A DNA stretch of 34,377 bases from positions 1-34,377 of the IMG/VR virus record IMGVR_UViG_3300031802_000399. One strand, given 5' to 3'. A model generated the notes under the pieces. It did no database searches. It saw nothing but the letters and a program-made list of their open reading frames with translations, and had not been told where the DNA came from. This DNA is from a virus (lineage: Duplodnaviria > Caudoviricetes). Within the stretch, counting starts at the first letter, position 1. Each line of letters opens with the position of its first letter. The position numbers were made by a program, and so were the translations under genes. Below, piece by piece: positions 8,351 through 16,991 of this stretch.

Positions 8351-9012
8351 TATTTTATACCTATTAACATAAAGCGATTATATTTTTGTAATTCAATAGT
8401 ACCACCGTATAATAAATTATTTATTAAACATTGCTCTCGAAATTCTTTTACATCCTTAACACAATTAATATGTTCTTCAAGTTCAAAATAATTATTACTT
8501 TGTAGTATAACTAGTTTACCTTTTGGTATTAAATCATACCATTTATCAAAATCTATTATATGTTCACATGAAGTATTAATAATTGTATTGGGATTTTCAA
8601 ATAATTCTCGTGCTTCGCCATCTGCTCTATATGTAGTATACCTATGTCCTGCATAATTTATATTATGAATATCTTCTGTTGTTGCTTTAAACTTCCACCT
8701 ATCTAACACATAATCTTTATTTAATGCTTCTGCTATATCGGCACATGAAGGATCTATATCAAAGGATCTAATTTTGTTAAACTGTAATTGACTTACGAAC
8801 ATTATGTTTGCTAAACTAGCATACCAACCGCCGCATAAAAAAATAGTTCCTAAATTTAAATTTAATGCTTCTAGTTCTTCTATTAACCAAACTTTACTTT
8901 CAAGTTGTCCTACACTATAAAGATCTCTCCATTTTAAATCAGGATTTTTAATCATAATGTCTGCAAGACGAAAATAATTACGTAATATATTTTCAGTTGT
9001 AATTTCTTTCAT
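8350..9012 (-). CDS. Class I SAM-dependent methyltransferase-like protein
   Basis: Motif I-like FLCGGWYA, acidic SFDID, IINTSCEH and a terminal RFMLIG strand. Confidence 0.7.
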   Translation of the reverse strand: MKEITTENILRNYFRLADIMIKNPDLKWRDLYSVGQLESKVWLIEELEALNLNLGTIFLCGGWYASLANIMFVSQLQFNKIRSFDIDPSCADIAEALNKDYVLDRWKFKATTEDIHNINYAGHRYTTYRADGEARELFENPNTIINTSCEHIIDFDKWYDLIPKGKLVILQSNNYFELEEHINCVKDVKEFREQCLINNLLYGGTIELQKYNRFMLIGIK

Positions 9013-9727
9013 ATTGTTCTTTTAACCATGCATAGTCATTTATCTTGTTTAATGCTTTATCATTGGTACGATTTTTTGCACCATATTCACGTCCTGCGTT
9101 AGCACCGGCTATAGCATATTCCCCAAATTCTTTATCAGCTCCTACTGTACACCAAATATCTAATCTTTTTTCCGTATCTTCATGTTGCTTTCTTCTTAAA
9201 AACTTTTTACCACTAGGTAATGTTACAATACTACTTACCAATTTGGAACATTCACGAAACGCACTTTTCCATGTACTATAAGGATCTGTATTGAATGCAG
9301 TTATATTACTAACTTGTAACATGGGTTTAAAATGTTTAACTACAGACGTTGTAAAATCTAGATTCCAACCTTTTGCTTCTCGTAATCCTTTTGCAGGAAA
9401 TAATTTAGCACCACCATAACCATATACTAAATCATTAATGGGATTTATTGCTCGCCACGTATGCACACAATCTGTTGCTAAAATACTTTCATATGCTTCG
9501 TCTAATTCAGTTGGCTGATAATCAAAATTAAAATCATTTAATAAAATAGCATCAGCATCTATTACATAAAACATTTTTGTTTTACTTAATTCAGCTGCAC
9601 GTTTATGTGCATTAAAAATACCTTTAATACCATCTACTCTTTTAGCAAGAGGTGCTTTCTCTTTTAATACTTTGAAGTTGTCATCAGCATACTGTTCGTG
9701 ATAACTTATAAAAAATACGTCAAACAT
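8993..9727 (-). CDS. Putative GT-A glycosyltransferase (paralog of 22233-23231)
   Basis: FDVFFISY, DxD (IDAD), NDLVYGYGGAKL, AFRECSKL and WCTVGAD. Confidence 0.7.
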   Translation of the reverse strand: MFDVFFISYHEQYADDNFKVLKEKAPLAKRVDGIKGIFNAHKRAAELSKTKMFYVIDADAILLNDFNFDYQPTELDEAYESILATDCVHTWRAINPINDLVYGYGGAKLFPAKGLREAKGWNLDFTTSVVKHFKPMLQVSNITAFNTDPYSTWKSAFRECSKLVSSIVTLPSGKKFLRRKQHEDTEKRLDIWCTVGADKEFGEYAIAGANAGREYGAKNRTNDKALNKINDYAWLKEQYERNYN

Positions 9728-9953
9728 TTTCTTTCCTTATATCCTTAGACATAATTATACTCTTTATTCCACAATGTGGGCAAGTCATTTCGTGTAAACG
9801 CAAATCCTTATAAGGCCAAAAACGATATTGTTTCCTCGAGGTAATTACATGATCGGATGGATAACTCCACGGTTGTTGACATTCACCACATGTAAAATGA
9901 TAAACTCGTTCTACTGTATATTCATGACTCATAGCATTAATTTGCTCTTTCAA
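9720..9953 (-). CDS. Small zinc-ribbon protein
   Basis: Two CxxC pairs (CGEC, CPHC). It overlaps both neighbours in the operon. Confidence 0.65.
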   Translation of the reverse strand: MKEQINAMSHEYTVERVYHFTCGECQQPWSYPSDHVITSRKQYRFWPYKDLRLHEMTCPHCGIKSIIMSKDIRKENV

Positions 9954-10689
9954 TATCTAATTCTTCACACTCTTCGCCGTATTGAATTTCTACCATTCTA
10001 CATGGTTCCGTTGTATGATTATATAAACTATGCCAGGTATTAGTGGGCACAGTACATTGTTCATGCGGTGTTAATATAATAGAATGTTTCCATGCATCGC
10101 GATGAAATATTGCAGTACATTCTCCTTCTGATACAAACCAAAATTCGTTTCGTTTAAAATGACGTTGTATACTCAATGACTGGCCAGCTTCGATTTGTAG
10201 TTCTTTTACCTTTGTAGTCATTGCATTATATAATACCTTATACCACCCCCAGCTTCTTTTTACCTTGCCAATAGTACTAGAAGAATTTATCTTTTCTGTA
10301 CCACCTATGCCAAATACTAATTCTACATCTTTAATATCTTTTTCAAGTATGTTTTCTTTTGTTCTATCGCCTCCATTACAAAAGAATATTTTCCTAATAG
10401 GATATAATAGTTTAATTTGTTCTATTGCATCTATAGCACTACCGTCGTCATCATTGAATTTAAATACCGGCGAGATAAACCGATGTTCAATCATTTGTAA
10501 ATTACTAATAATTTCCATACGTTCTTCAAGCGGCATAAAACAATATCCTTTTTTATTTTTTAACCACTGGTCTGAATTCACACCAACATATAATTCTCCC
10601 AGTTTAGCTGCTTCTTTAAAGAGTGCAATATGTCCGGAATGTATTGGATCAAAACCTCCGGTTACTAGTGCGATTGATTTAGATGGCAT
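9937..10689 (-). CDS. Cytidylyltransferase-like (HxGH) domain fused to a type II mannose-6-phosphate isomerase-like cupin
   Basis: GGFDPIHSGH, GVNSD, NGGDR and KINSSS, followed by RSWGWY…VKEL…LSIQRHFKRNEFW…WHSL…EIQYG. Confidence 0.88.
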   Translation of the reverse strand: MPSKSIALVTGGFDPIHSGHIALFKEAAKLGELYVGVNSDQWLKNKKGYCFMPLEERMEIISNLQMIEHRFISPVFKFNDDDGSAIDAIEQIKLLYPIRKIFFCNGGDRTKENILEKDIKDVELVFGIGGTEKINSSSTIGKVKRSWGWYKVLYNAMTTKVKELQIEAGQSLSIQRHFKRNEFWFVSEGECTAIFHRDAWKHSIILTPHEQCTVPTNTWHSLYNHTTEPCRMVEIQYGEECEELDIERAN

Positions 10690-10697
10690 ATTAATAA

Positions 10698-10726
10698 AGT
10701 ATAGCAGGATTAAGGTAAATTGTCAA
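10698..10726 (-). promoter_or_regulatory. Sigma70-type promoter for the leftward operon
   Basis: TTGACA (10726-10721), 17-nt spacer, TATACT (10703-10698), with an extended -10 TG. Confidence 0.8.
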
Positions 10727-10755
10727 TTGACGTAATATTTATTAAATGCTACTAT
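10727..10755 (+). promoter_or_regulatory. Sigma70-type promoter for the rightward sugar operon
   Basis: TTGACG (10727-10732), 17-nt spacer, TACTAT (10750-10755), with an extended -10 TG. Confidence 0.72.
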
Positions 10756-10771
10756 AATAAATAGTAATAGC

Positions 10772-11650
10772 ATGAAAATTTTAGTTACAGGTAGTTCTGG
10801 GTTTATTGGATGCAACCTAATTAAACAACTCAAAGAACAACACACAATAATAGAAGCAGATATAGCAATAGGCACAGATTTATGCGATAAAAAACTAGTA
10901 GATGATTTACCAGATGTAGATATGATATACCATTTAGCAATGATTAATAATACTGGTAGGTTTTATACTAATCCATATGATATAATTGAAAATAGTTATT
11001 TGCCATTACATAATATATTAAAACGCTATAAAGGTATTCCTATTATATATACCAGCAGTAGTGAAGCGTATGCAGGTACTGTACAACAAAAATGGGCGGA
11101 AGTTCCCACTAGTGAAAATGTTCTATTATCAATTGAAGACATTAAAAATCCTCGTTGGAGTTACGGTGCTAGTAAAATAATAGGCGAAAGCATGGTAGTG
11201 GCTGCTAATGTACAATGGGGAACACCATATAAGATTATACGCTATCATAATATATACGGTCCGGACCAAAAAAATCATTTTATTCCTGAATTTATTGAAC
11301 GATGTTTAACTGGCGTATATGAATTATATGGTTATGACAATACAAGAAGTTTTTGTTATATAGATGATGCCATCAATGCTACTATGTTATATGCAGAATC
11401 TACAACATGGAATGATATTATACATATAGGAAATAATACTGAGCATAAAATAGAGGATATAGCAAAAATGATATTGCATATTATGGGCATTGATGCTAAA
11501 ATAATACTATATCCTTCGCCCATAGGATCAGTACTACGTCGATGTCCTGATATAACAAAACTAAAACAATTAGGATATACTCCTCAATATACATTAGAAG
11601 AAGGATTAAAAAAGATTTTGGAGATTAATTATGGTATTAATGGTAAGTGA
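10772..11650 (+). CDS. NAD-dependent epimerase/dehydratase, UDP-glucuronate decarboxylase-like
   Basis: GSSGFIG, TSSSEAY, NPRWSYGASK (YxxxK preceded by PR, as in UXS/ArnA-type enzymes), RYHNIYGP, TRSFCYIDD and RRCPDI. Confidence 0.88.
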   Translation: MKILVTGSSGFIGCNLIKQLKEQHTIIEADIAIGTDLCDKKLVDDLPDVDMIYHLAMINNTGRFYTNPYDIIENSYLPLHNILKRYKGIPIIYTSSSEAYAGTVQQKWAEVPTSENVLLSIEDIKNPRWSYGASKIIGESMVVAANVQWGTPYKIIRYHNIYGPDQKNHFIPEFIERCLTGVYELYGYDNTRSFCYIDDAINATMLYAESTTWNDIIHIGNNTEHKIEDIAKMILHIMGIDAKIILYPSPIGSVLRRCPDITKLKQLGYTPQYTLEEGLKKILEINYGINGK

Positions 11651-12149
11651 AAATGAAATAGGAAAATCTGCATATCAATTCGATCAATTAGTAGCAGGTA
11701 ATATTAATTTAGTAATGATTATTTGTAATCATTGTCCTTATGTTATATATAGAATGAATGCAATTAGTCAATTAGTAAGTGATTATAGAGATAAAGTAAA
11801 TTGTGTAGCGGTAAGTTCAAACGATCCTGGACGACACATGGAAGACCATCCAGACTCTATGCCGGCATTTAAGGAACAATGGAACTTACAATGTGAATAC
11901 ATATATGATGAGGATCAAAGTATAGCACATAATTATAATGCTGTATGTACACCAGAATTCTATTTAATAGATAATGATAATATAATTCGATATCATGGAG
12001 AATTTGACCCAAGTCATACAGCAAATGATTTAGTACCTACCGGTAGTAGTTTACGTCACGCATTAGATTTAGTATTAACAAACAAACCTATTACTTGGGA
12101 ACCTAATCCAAGTTTTGGTTGTAGTATTAAATGGAAAGATAGTGCATGA
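11631..12149 (+). CDS. Thioredoxin-fold redoxin (AhpC/TSA-like)
   Basis: ICNHCPYV, VSSND, AVCTPEFY and C-terminal GCSIKWK. Confidence 0.9.
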   Translation: MVLMVSENEIGKSAYQFDQLVAGNINLVMIICNHCPYVIYRMNAISQLVSDYRDKVNCVAVSSNDPGRHMEDHPDSMPAFKEQWNLQCEYIYDEDQSIAHNYNAVCTPEFYLIDNDNIIRYHGEFDPSHTANDLVPTGSSLRHALDLVLTNKPITWEPNPSFGCSIKWKDSA

Positions 12150-12946
12150 AAATAGGTATTATTGGAATGGGTGTCGTAGGACATGCTTTAAAAAACGGAT
12201 TTGAAAAGATTGGCTATAGTGTATGCATTCATGATATAAAGCTTGCTACGAGCATTACAGACGTACTAGACACGGAGATTATATACGTAGCAGTACCTAC
12301 ACCTGCTAAAGAGGATGGGGGTTGTGATACAAGTATTGTAGAAAATATTGTACATGAATTAAGGTTTGCAAACATGCGGTATGAAGGTGTAATAGCAATA
12401 AAAAGTACATGCATTCCCGGAACAACACAACGATTAATAGATATATACGATGATAAAATAGTATTTGTTCCTGAATTTTTAAAAGAACGAAGTGCAAATT
12501 ATGATTTTGTATATGCACACGATTTATTATGTATAGGATCAGACAATGTTAATCATGCATATGTTGTACAACGTAGTCATGGTGACTATCCTGTAGAAGT
12601 AATGCGAGTAAGTCCTACCGAAGCAGAGCTAGTAAAATATATGCACAATAGTTTTGGAGCATTTAGAGTTACATTTGCAAATGAATATTTTGAATTATGC
12701 GACAAATTAAATATTAATTATGATAATGTTAAACGTGCATTCGTTACTAAGAATCGTATACCAGATGAATACTTAGATGTTAAACCAGAGTTACGAGGAT
12801 TTGCCGGAGCGTGTTTCCCCAAAGACATAGCTGCAATAAATCATTTAATGCAAAAAGAATTAGGACTGCCTTATAAGTTATGGGAAAATGTTCTTGAAGA
12901 AAATGATCGCTTTAAGAGTACAGTGTTTAAAGGTATGAGGAAATGA
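12146..12946 (+). CDS. UDP-glucose/GDP-mannose dehydrogenase family, short form
   Basis: GMGVVG, VAVPTP, IKST, PEFLKE, AELVKY and the catalytic GFAGACFPKD. It ends without the usual C-terminal domain. Confidence 0.9.
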   Translation: MKIGIIGMGVVGHALKNGFEKIGYSVCIHDIKLATSITDVLDTEIIYVAVPTPAKEDGGCDTSIVENIVHELRFANMRYEGVIAIKSTCIPGTTQRLIDIYDDKIVFVPEFLKERSANYDFVYAHDLLCIGSDNVNHAYVVQRSHGDYPVEVMRVSPTEAELVKYMHNSFGAFRVTFANEYFELCDKLNINYDNVKRAFVTKNRIPDEYLDVKPELRGFAGACFPKDIAAINHLMQKELGLPYKLWENVLEENDRFKSTVFKGMRK

Positions 12947-13797
12947 AATTACATTGTACAATAAGTGATGGTAGTGAGTTTGATATACAATTAATAGAAC
13001 ATCCTTTTGTACACGAATGGGCACAATCTGTAGTCAAATTTGAATTATTACCTACAGAATCTGTAGGCATTATTGGAGCCGGAAAAAATGATCCCGAACT
13101 TTTTATAGCTCGTTTAAATTATTTGTTAGATTTAGTAGATACTGTTATTAGTTTAGGATTTGAGGTACCTATTGAATTAATAGAACATTTACCTCGACAT
13201 GAAGACAGTGGAGCAGTAATACAACCATGGACAAATAATATACATCGCTGGAGTGTACGTAATCAAAATTTATTAGATGCTAAAAGTAATATTGGTAAAA
13301 TACTTATAAAAATTAATGCAGCTGTTCATGCCTTTGAAAATACATATGAAAGACCCGGACAAAAAACTATGCAAGGTAATGATAATCAATATTGGGATCA
13401 AGGTTTAAATTTACAAGATCCAGATTGTTATATTCGTAATGGTAATTTTATAGATGAAATTAAAGATTTATTAACCAATGATTATTATACAGTATGGGTA
13501 GCAAAACGTATATTAGGTAAGGATTGGCGAGAATGTTATATGGATCAAGATGATCCTACAGAAATAGATATTGTTAATATGGATAAACATATTCAATATG
13601 CATTTGAAATCGATTTAAATGATTGGCGACAATTTTATTACGGGGAAAATTTTTTAAATTGGTTAGCAAAATATAATATAGAATACGATATTACTGAAAT
13701 GGGCAGAGTTCCATTGGGCAATGTTCTTATAGAACATGAAGAATTACAAAAAAAGATAAACATTAATGAAATTATTACGACATTGCAAATTCGTTGA
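12943..13797 (+). CDS. Hypothetical protein (paralog of 16038-16991)
   Basis: Shared motifs NxxHRW, NxxxHxxE, LGK…D(D/N)PxExDxxN, WLxxY and GRxPLGN. Confidence 0.75.
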   Translation: MKLHCTISDGSEFDIQLIEHPFVHEWAQSVVKFELLPTESVGIIGAGKNDPELFIARLNYLLDLVDTVISLGFEVPIELIEHLPRHEDSGAVIQPWTNNIHRWSVRNQNLLDAKSNIGKILIKINAAVHAFENTYERPGQKTMQGNDNQYWDQGLNLQDPDCYIRNGNFIDEIKDLLTNDYYTVWVAKRILGKDWRECYMDQDDPTEIDIVNMDKHIQYAFEIDLNDWRQFYYGENFLNWLAKYNIEYDITEMGRVPLGNVLIEHEELQKKININEIITTLQIR

Positions 13798-14152
13798 TCC
13801 TGAAGTATTCGAAGATCATAGAGGAGTTATTAAAAGTTTTTATCCCGATAACGCAATAGTAGAATATAATTTAATGATTACAAAACAAGGGGATCAACGT
13901 GGTTATCATTTCCATCCTCATTTCGATGAATATATGTTAGTAGTGGATGGTATATGTGAATTTACCGAGTACAATAAAAAAGGAAATAACACAGTAACAC
14001 TTAATGTCGGAGATAGTATACATATACCTACTGGTATAGCACATACATTTACAGCATTAACAGACTTTAAATTTGTAAGCATGTTAACAAAGCGATGGCA
14101 CGATAGTGACCCTCCTATTATAAAGGTAGACGAAAATGGCAACACCATATGA
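13766..14152 (+). CDS. Cupin, NDP-ketosugar epimerase/isomerase-like (RmlC/FdtA-like)
   Basis: FEDHRG, RGYHFH…EY and IPTGIAH, in a sugar-operon context. Confidence 0.78.
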   Translation: MKLLRHCKFVDPEVFEDHRGVIKSFYPDNAIVEYNLMITKQGDQRGYHFHPHFDEYMLVVDGICEFTEYNKKGNNTVTLNVGDSIHIPTGIAHTFTALTDFKFVSMLTKRWHDSDPPIIKVDENGNTI

Positions 14153-14807
14153 TTCGGTAGTAGAATTTGAAAATACAATAGCAGAATATGCCGGAGCAAA
14201 ATATGGTATAGCAGTGGATTGTTGTAGTCATGCTATATTTTTATCTGCATTACATAATCGTATAGTTAAATCTATAAACATTGTTACTGTGCCAAAGCAA
14301 ACATATGTCAGTATTCCTATGCAATTAAGACATGCTGGACTTACGTTAAATTTTGTAAATCTTCAATGGCAAGGATGTTATGAAATAAAACCCACTGGAT
14401 GGAACCCGCGCAAAGCATCAAATATTATAGACTCTGCTTGTAGATTTACATCTGATATGTATATACCTAATACATTATATTGTTTAAGTTTTCAATTTCA
14501 TAAAACACTTTCTACAATACGTGGAGGTATGATACTTACCGACGACGAAGAAGCAGTTAAATGGATACGTCCTAGAGTACATGATGGTAGGGATATGAAT
14601 ATAAAATATGAACAAGATAATATTACATGTTTAGGCTATCATATGCATATGACACCCGAAGCTGCTATACTAGGATTAGAACAATTTCATAGTATTATAT
14701 CTTTCGTGAAACCTGGGTTTCACGTTGGACATAACAAAGATGTGTGTGGATATGAATATTATCATGACGTAAGTTATGTAAACAATTTAGAATATGGAGA
14801 AAAATAA
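14136..14807 (+). CDS. DegT/DnrJ/EryC1/StrS-family sugar aminotransferase, short form
   Basis: FENTIAEY, IDSAC, LSFQFHKTL (PLP Lys), GGMILT and LGYHMHM. Confidence 0.88.
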   Translation: MATPYDSVVEFENTIAEYAGAKYGIAVDCCSHAIFLSALHNRIVKSINIVTVPKQTYVSIPMQLRHAGLTLNFVNLQWQGCYEIKPTGWNPRKASNIIDSACRFTSDMYIPNTLYCLSFQFHKTLSTIRGGMILTDDEEAVKWIRPRVHDGRDMNIKYEQDNITCLGYHMHMTPEAAILGLEQFHSIISFVKPGFHVGHNKDVCGYEYYHDVSYVNNLEYGEK

Positions 14808-16057
14808 TGGCAAACGTTAAACAAATAACAAGTTGTAGAATATGTAACAATAAAGAATTAATTACTATATTTGATCTAGGCGATTTAATGATTAATTGTT
14901 TTGTAGAAGAGCCGGGTGATCATAAAGGCGAAGCACCTTTAAAGTTACAACGTTGTAGTGAATGTGATTTAATTCAATTATCACATACTGTACGCGAAGA
15001 AGATTTATATACAAACTATTGGTATTTGTCTAGACTTAATAAAAAGATAGTAGACAATCTAAAAAGCATAGTAGAGGACGCACAGAAAGAATGTCCTTTA
15101 GAAGATGATGACATTGTTATTGACATTGGTGCAAATGATGGTACGTTATTAAGTTTTTATCCAGAGAATGTAATAACAGTAGGCGTAGATCCAGCAAAAA
15201 ATATTCATGCTGAATTAAAAGAAAATTGTAGTATTATGATTCCAGGCTTTTTTAACTATAGAAACTATATGAATGAAATGCCAAACATATCATTGACAGG
15301 ACCTAATTCTTTTCATGCCAGTACACGCCAAGCAAAAATAATTACTGCGGTTGCTATGTTTTATGATTTAGATGATCCAAATGAATTTGTACAAGACATT
15401 AAAAAAATATTGCAAGACGATGGAATATTCTTATGTCAATTAATGCCGGCACGACCAATGATTGATGCAAATGATATAGGTAATATTATTCATGAACATT
15501 TAGAATACTATACATATAAAAGTCTTGTTAATTTATTTGAGCCTAATGGTCTAGAAATATATGATGTCAGAGAAAATGATATTAATGGGGGCAGTTATCA
15601 ATTATTCATACGGCATTATCAAAATGGTAGTATAGAGTATCCAGAAGATTGTTCCGACGAACGTATAGAGCGTTGGATTAATATCATGAAATGTAATAAA
15701 ATTGATACAATGAATTATTTACATACATTAAAAGAGCAAGGAAAAAATGTTTACATAATGGGTGCAAGTACAAAAGGTAATACTATTATGCAGTATTATG
15801 GTATCGACGATACCATTATTAAAGGAGCGGCGGAAATACATCCAGATAAAATAGGGAAATATTTAGTAGGTAGTGGTATTCCTATTGTACACGAGGATGA
15901 TGCAAAGAAAGATGCAGATGCATTTTTAGTATTCCCATTTCACTTTAAAGAATTATTTGTAAACAAAATTATGAAAGACTGGATAGCTGAAGGGGGACAA
16001 CTAATTTTTTGTACTCCAAAGTTTGAAGTAATAAGCAATGAAAATACATTTCAGTAA
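14807..16057 (+). CDS. NDP-sugar C-methyltransferase with N-terminal zinc-binding domain
   Basis: CRIC…CSECDLIQL, IDIGANDG, HEHLEYY, NGGS and GASTKGNT, as in NovU/TylC3-type C3-methyltransferases. Confidence 0.9.
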   Translation: MANVKQITSCRICNNKELITIFDLGDLMINCFVEEPGDHKGEAPLKLQRCSECDLIQLSHTVREEDLYTNYWYLSRLNKKIVDNLKSIVEDAQKECPLEDDDIVIDIGANDGTLLSFYPENVITVGVDPAKNIHAELKENCSIMIPGFFNYRNYMNEMPNISLTGPNSFHASTRQAKIITAVAMFYDLDDPNEFVQDIKKILQDDGIFLCQLMPARPMIDANDIGNIIHEHLEYYTYKSLVNLFEPNGLEIYDVRENDINGGSYQLFIRHYQNGSIEYPEDCSDERIERWINIMKCNKIDTMNYLHTLKEQGKNVYIMGASTKGNTIMQYYGIDDTIIKGAAEIHPDKIGKYLVGSGIPIVHEDDAKKDADAFLVFPFHFKELFVNKIMKDWIAEGGQLIFCTPKFEVISNENTFQ

Positions 16058-16991
16058 TAATCAAACAGCAGAAATTATACTATTAGAAAATGAATTTATA
16101 GAAAGATGGAAAGAAGAATCTACTAAATCAGAAAAATTAGGGTATAGACAACAAACATGGGTAGAAGATTATCTCCGAGATACTCCTAATCATTCTGTCC
16201 TGCAAGCAAAAATCATTAATGAATTCAATAGTAATGTAGATAAATTATATACAGAGCATAATATTGCTTTGCCCGGTAAAATGCATAAAAATCAAAGTAT
16301 AAAATGGATTAATGAATTACACCGTTGGATAACATATGGTTCATTTACTTTACAAAATTGGACATTGCCTAGGGCAACATTAGAAGAAAAACAACATGCT
16401 AAAAGAAATCATTGGCATTCATATAATAATACTCATGATCCAGAATTTATAAATTTGGGAGATAAAGAAGGTGCAATTATAATATTATTTGAATTGAATG
16501 CAGGTATTCATAATTATGAAGTTTATCCAACATATCCTAACAAACAAGTATTAATAGAGAAAGGATTAACAGATGGTAGGTATATAGAACAAAGATATAG
16601 AAATACAGAAATTGTTCATAGAACTTTCGATCATTTTGATCATTTGTATACAGATAGAAAAAATTATTGTTCTATAGATCCGCACGATCTATGGCTGCCT
16701 TTTGCTGTATTAGGTAAAGAATATTTTATTAGTTGGATCAATGAAGATAATCCCATCGAATTTGATTGTACTAATATAGATAAAAATTGGTGGGCAGGAT
16801 TTCAATTTGTACCAAGTAGTATATTAAGTAGAACATTAAGTACCGATTGGTTTCAAGATTGGCTTAAAAGTTATGGAGTGCCTATAGAAGTAGAATATAT
16901 AGGACGAATTCCTTTAGGAAATTGTACTAATAAACATTTGCTTGATATGGATACAGTATTAACAAGCCAAGTTATTGGCGTTGAATATTAA
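16038..16991 (+). CDS. Hypothetical protein (paralog of 12943-13797)
   Basis: NELHRW, NAGIHNYE, LGKEY…EDNPIEFDCTN, WLKSY and GRIPLGN. Confidence 0.75.
   Translation: MKIHFSNNQTAEIILLENEFIERWKEESTKSEKLGYRQQTWVEDYLRDTPNHSVLQAKIINEFNSNVDKLYTEHNIALPGKMHKNQSIKWINELHRWITYGSFTLQNWTLPRATLEEKQHAKRNHWHSYNNTHDPEFINLGDKEGAIIILFELNAGIHNYEVYPTYPNKQVLIEKGLTDGRYIEQRYRNTEIVHRTFDHFDHLYTDRKNYCSIDPHDLWLPFAVLGKEYFISWINEDNPIEFDCTNIDKNWWAGFQFVPSSILSRTLSTDWFQDWLKSYGVPIEVEYIGRIPLGNCTNKHLLDMDTVLTSQVIGVEY

Noticed and set aside
10265-10735. 156-aa plus-strand ORF
   Set aside because: It is an antisense shadow of the nucleotidyltransferase-cupin gene, runs through the promoter region, and has no motifs.
10772-16991. 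Cellular O-antigen/capsule locus rather than phage DNA
   Set aside because: There are no flippase, polymerase or export genes, the enzymes are shortened, and the block is contiguous with virion genes carrying T4-like late promoters.
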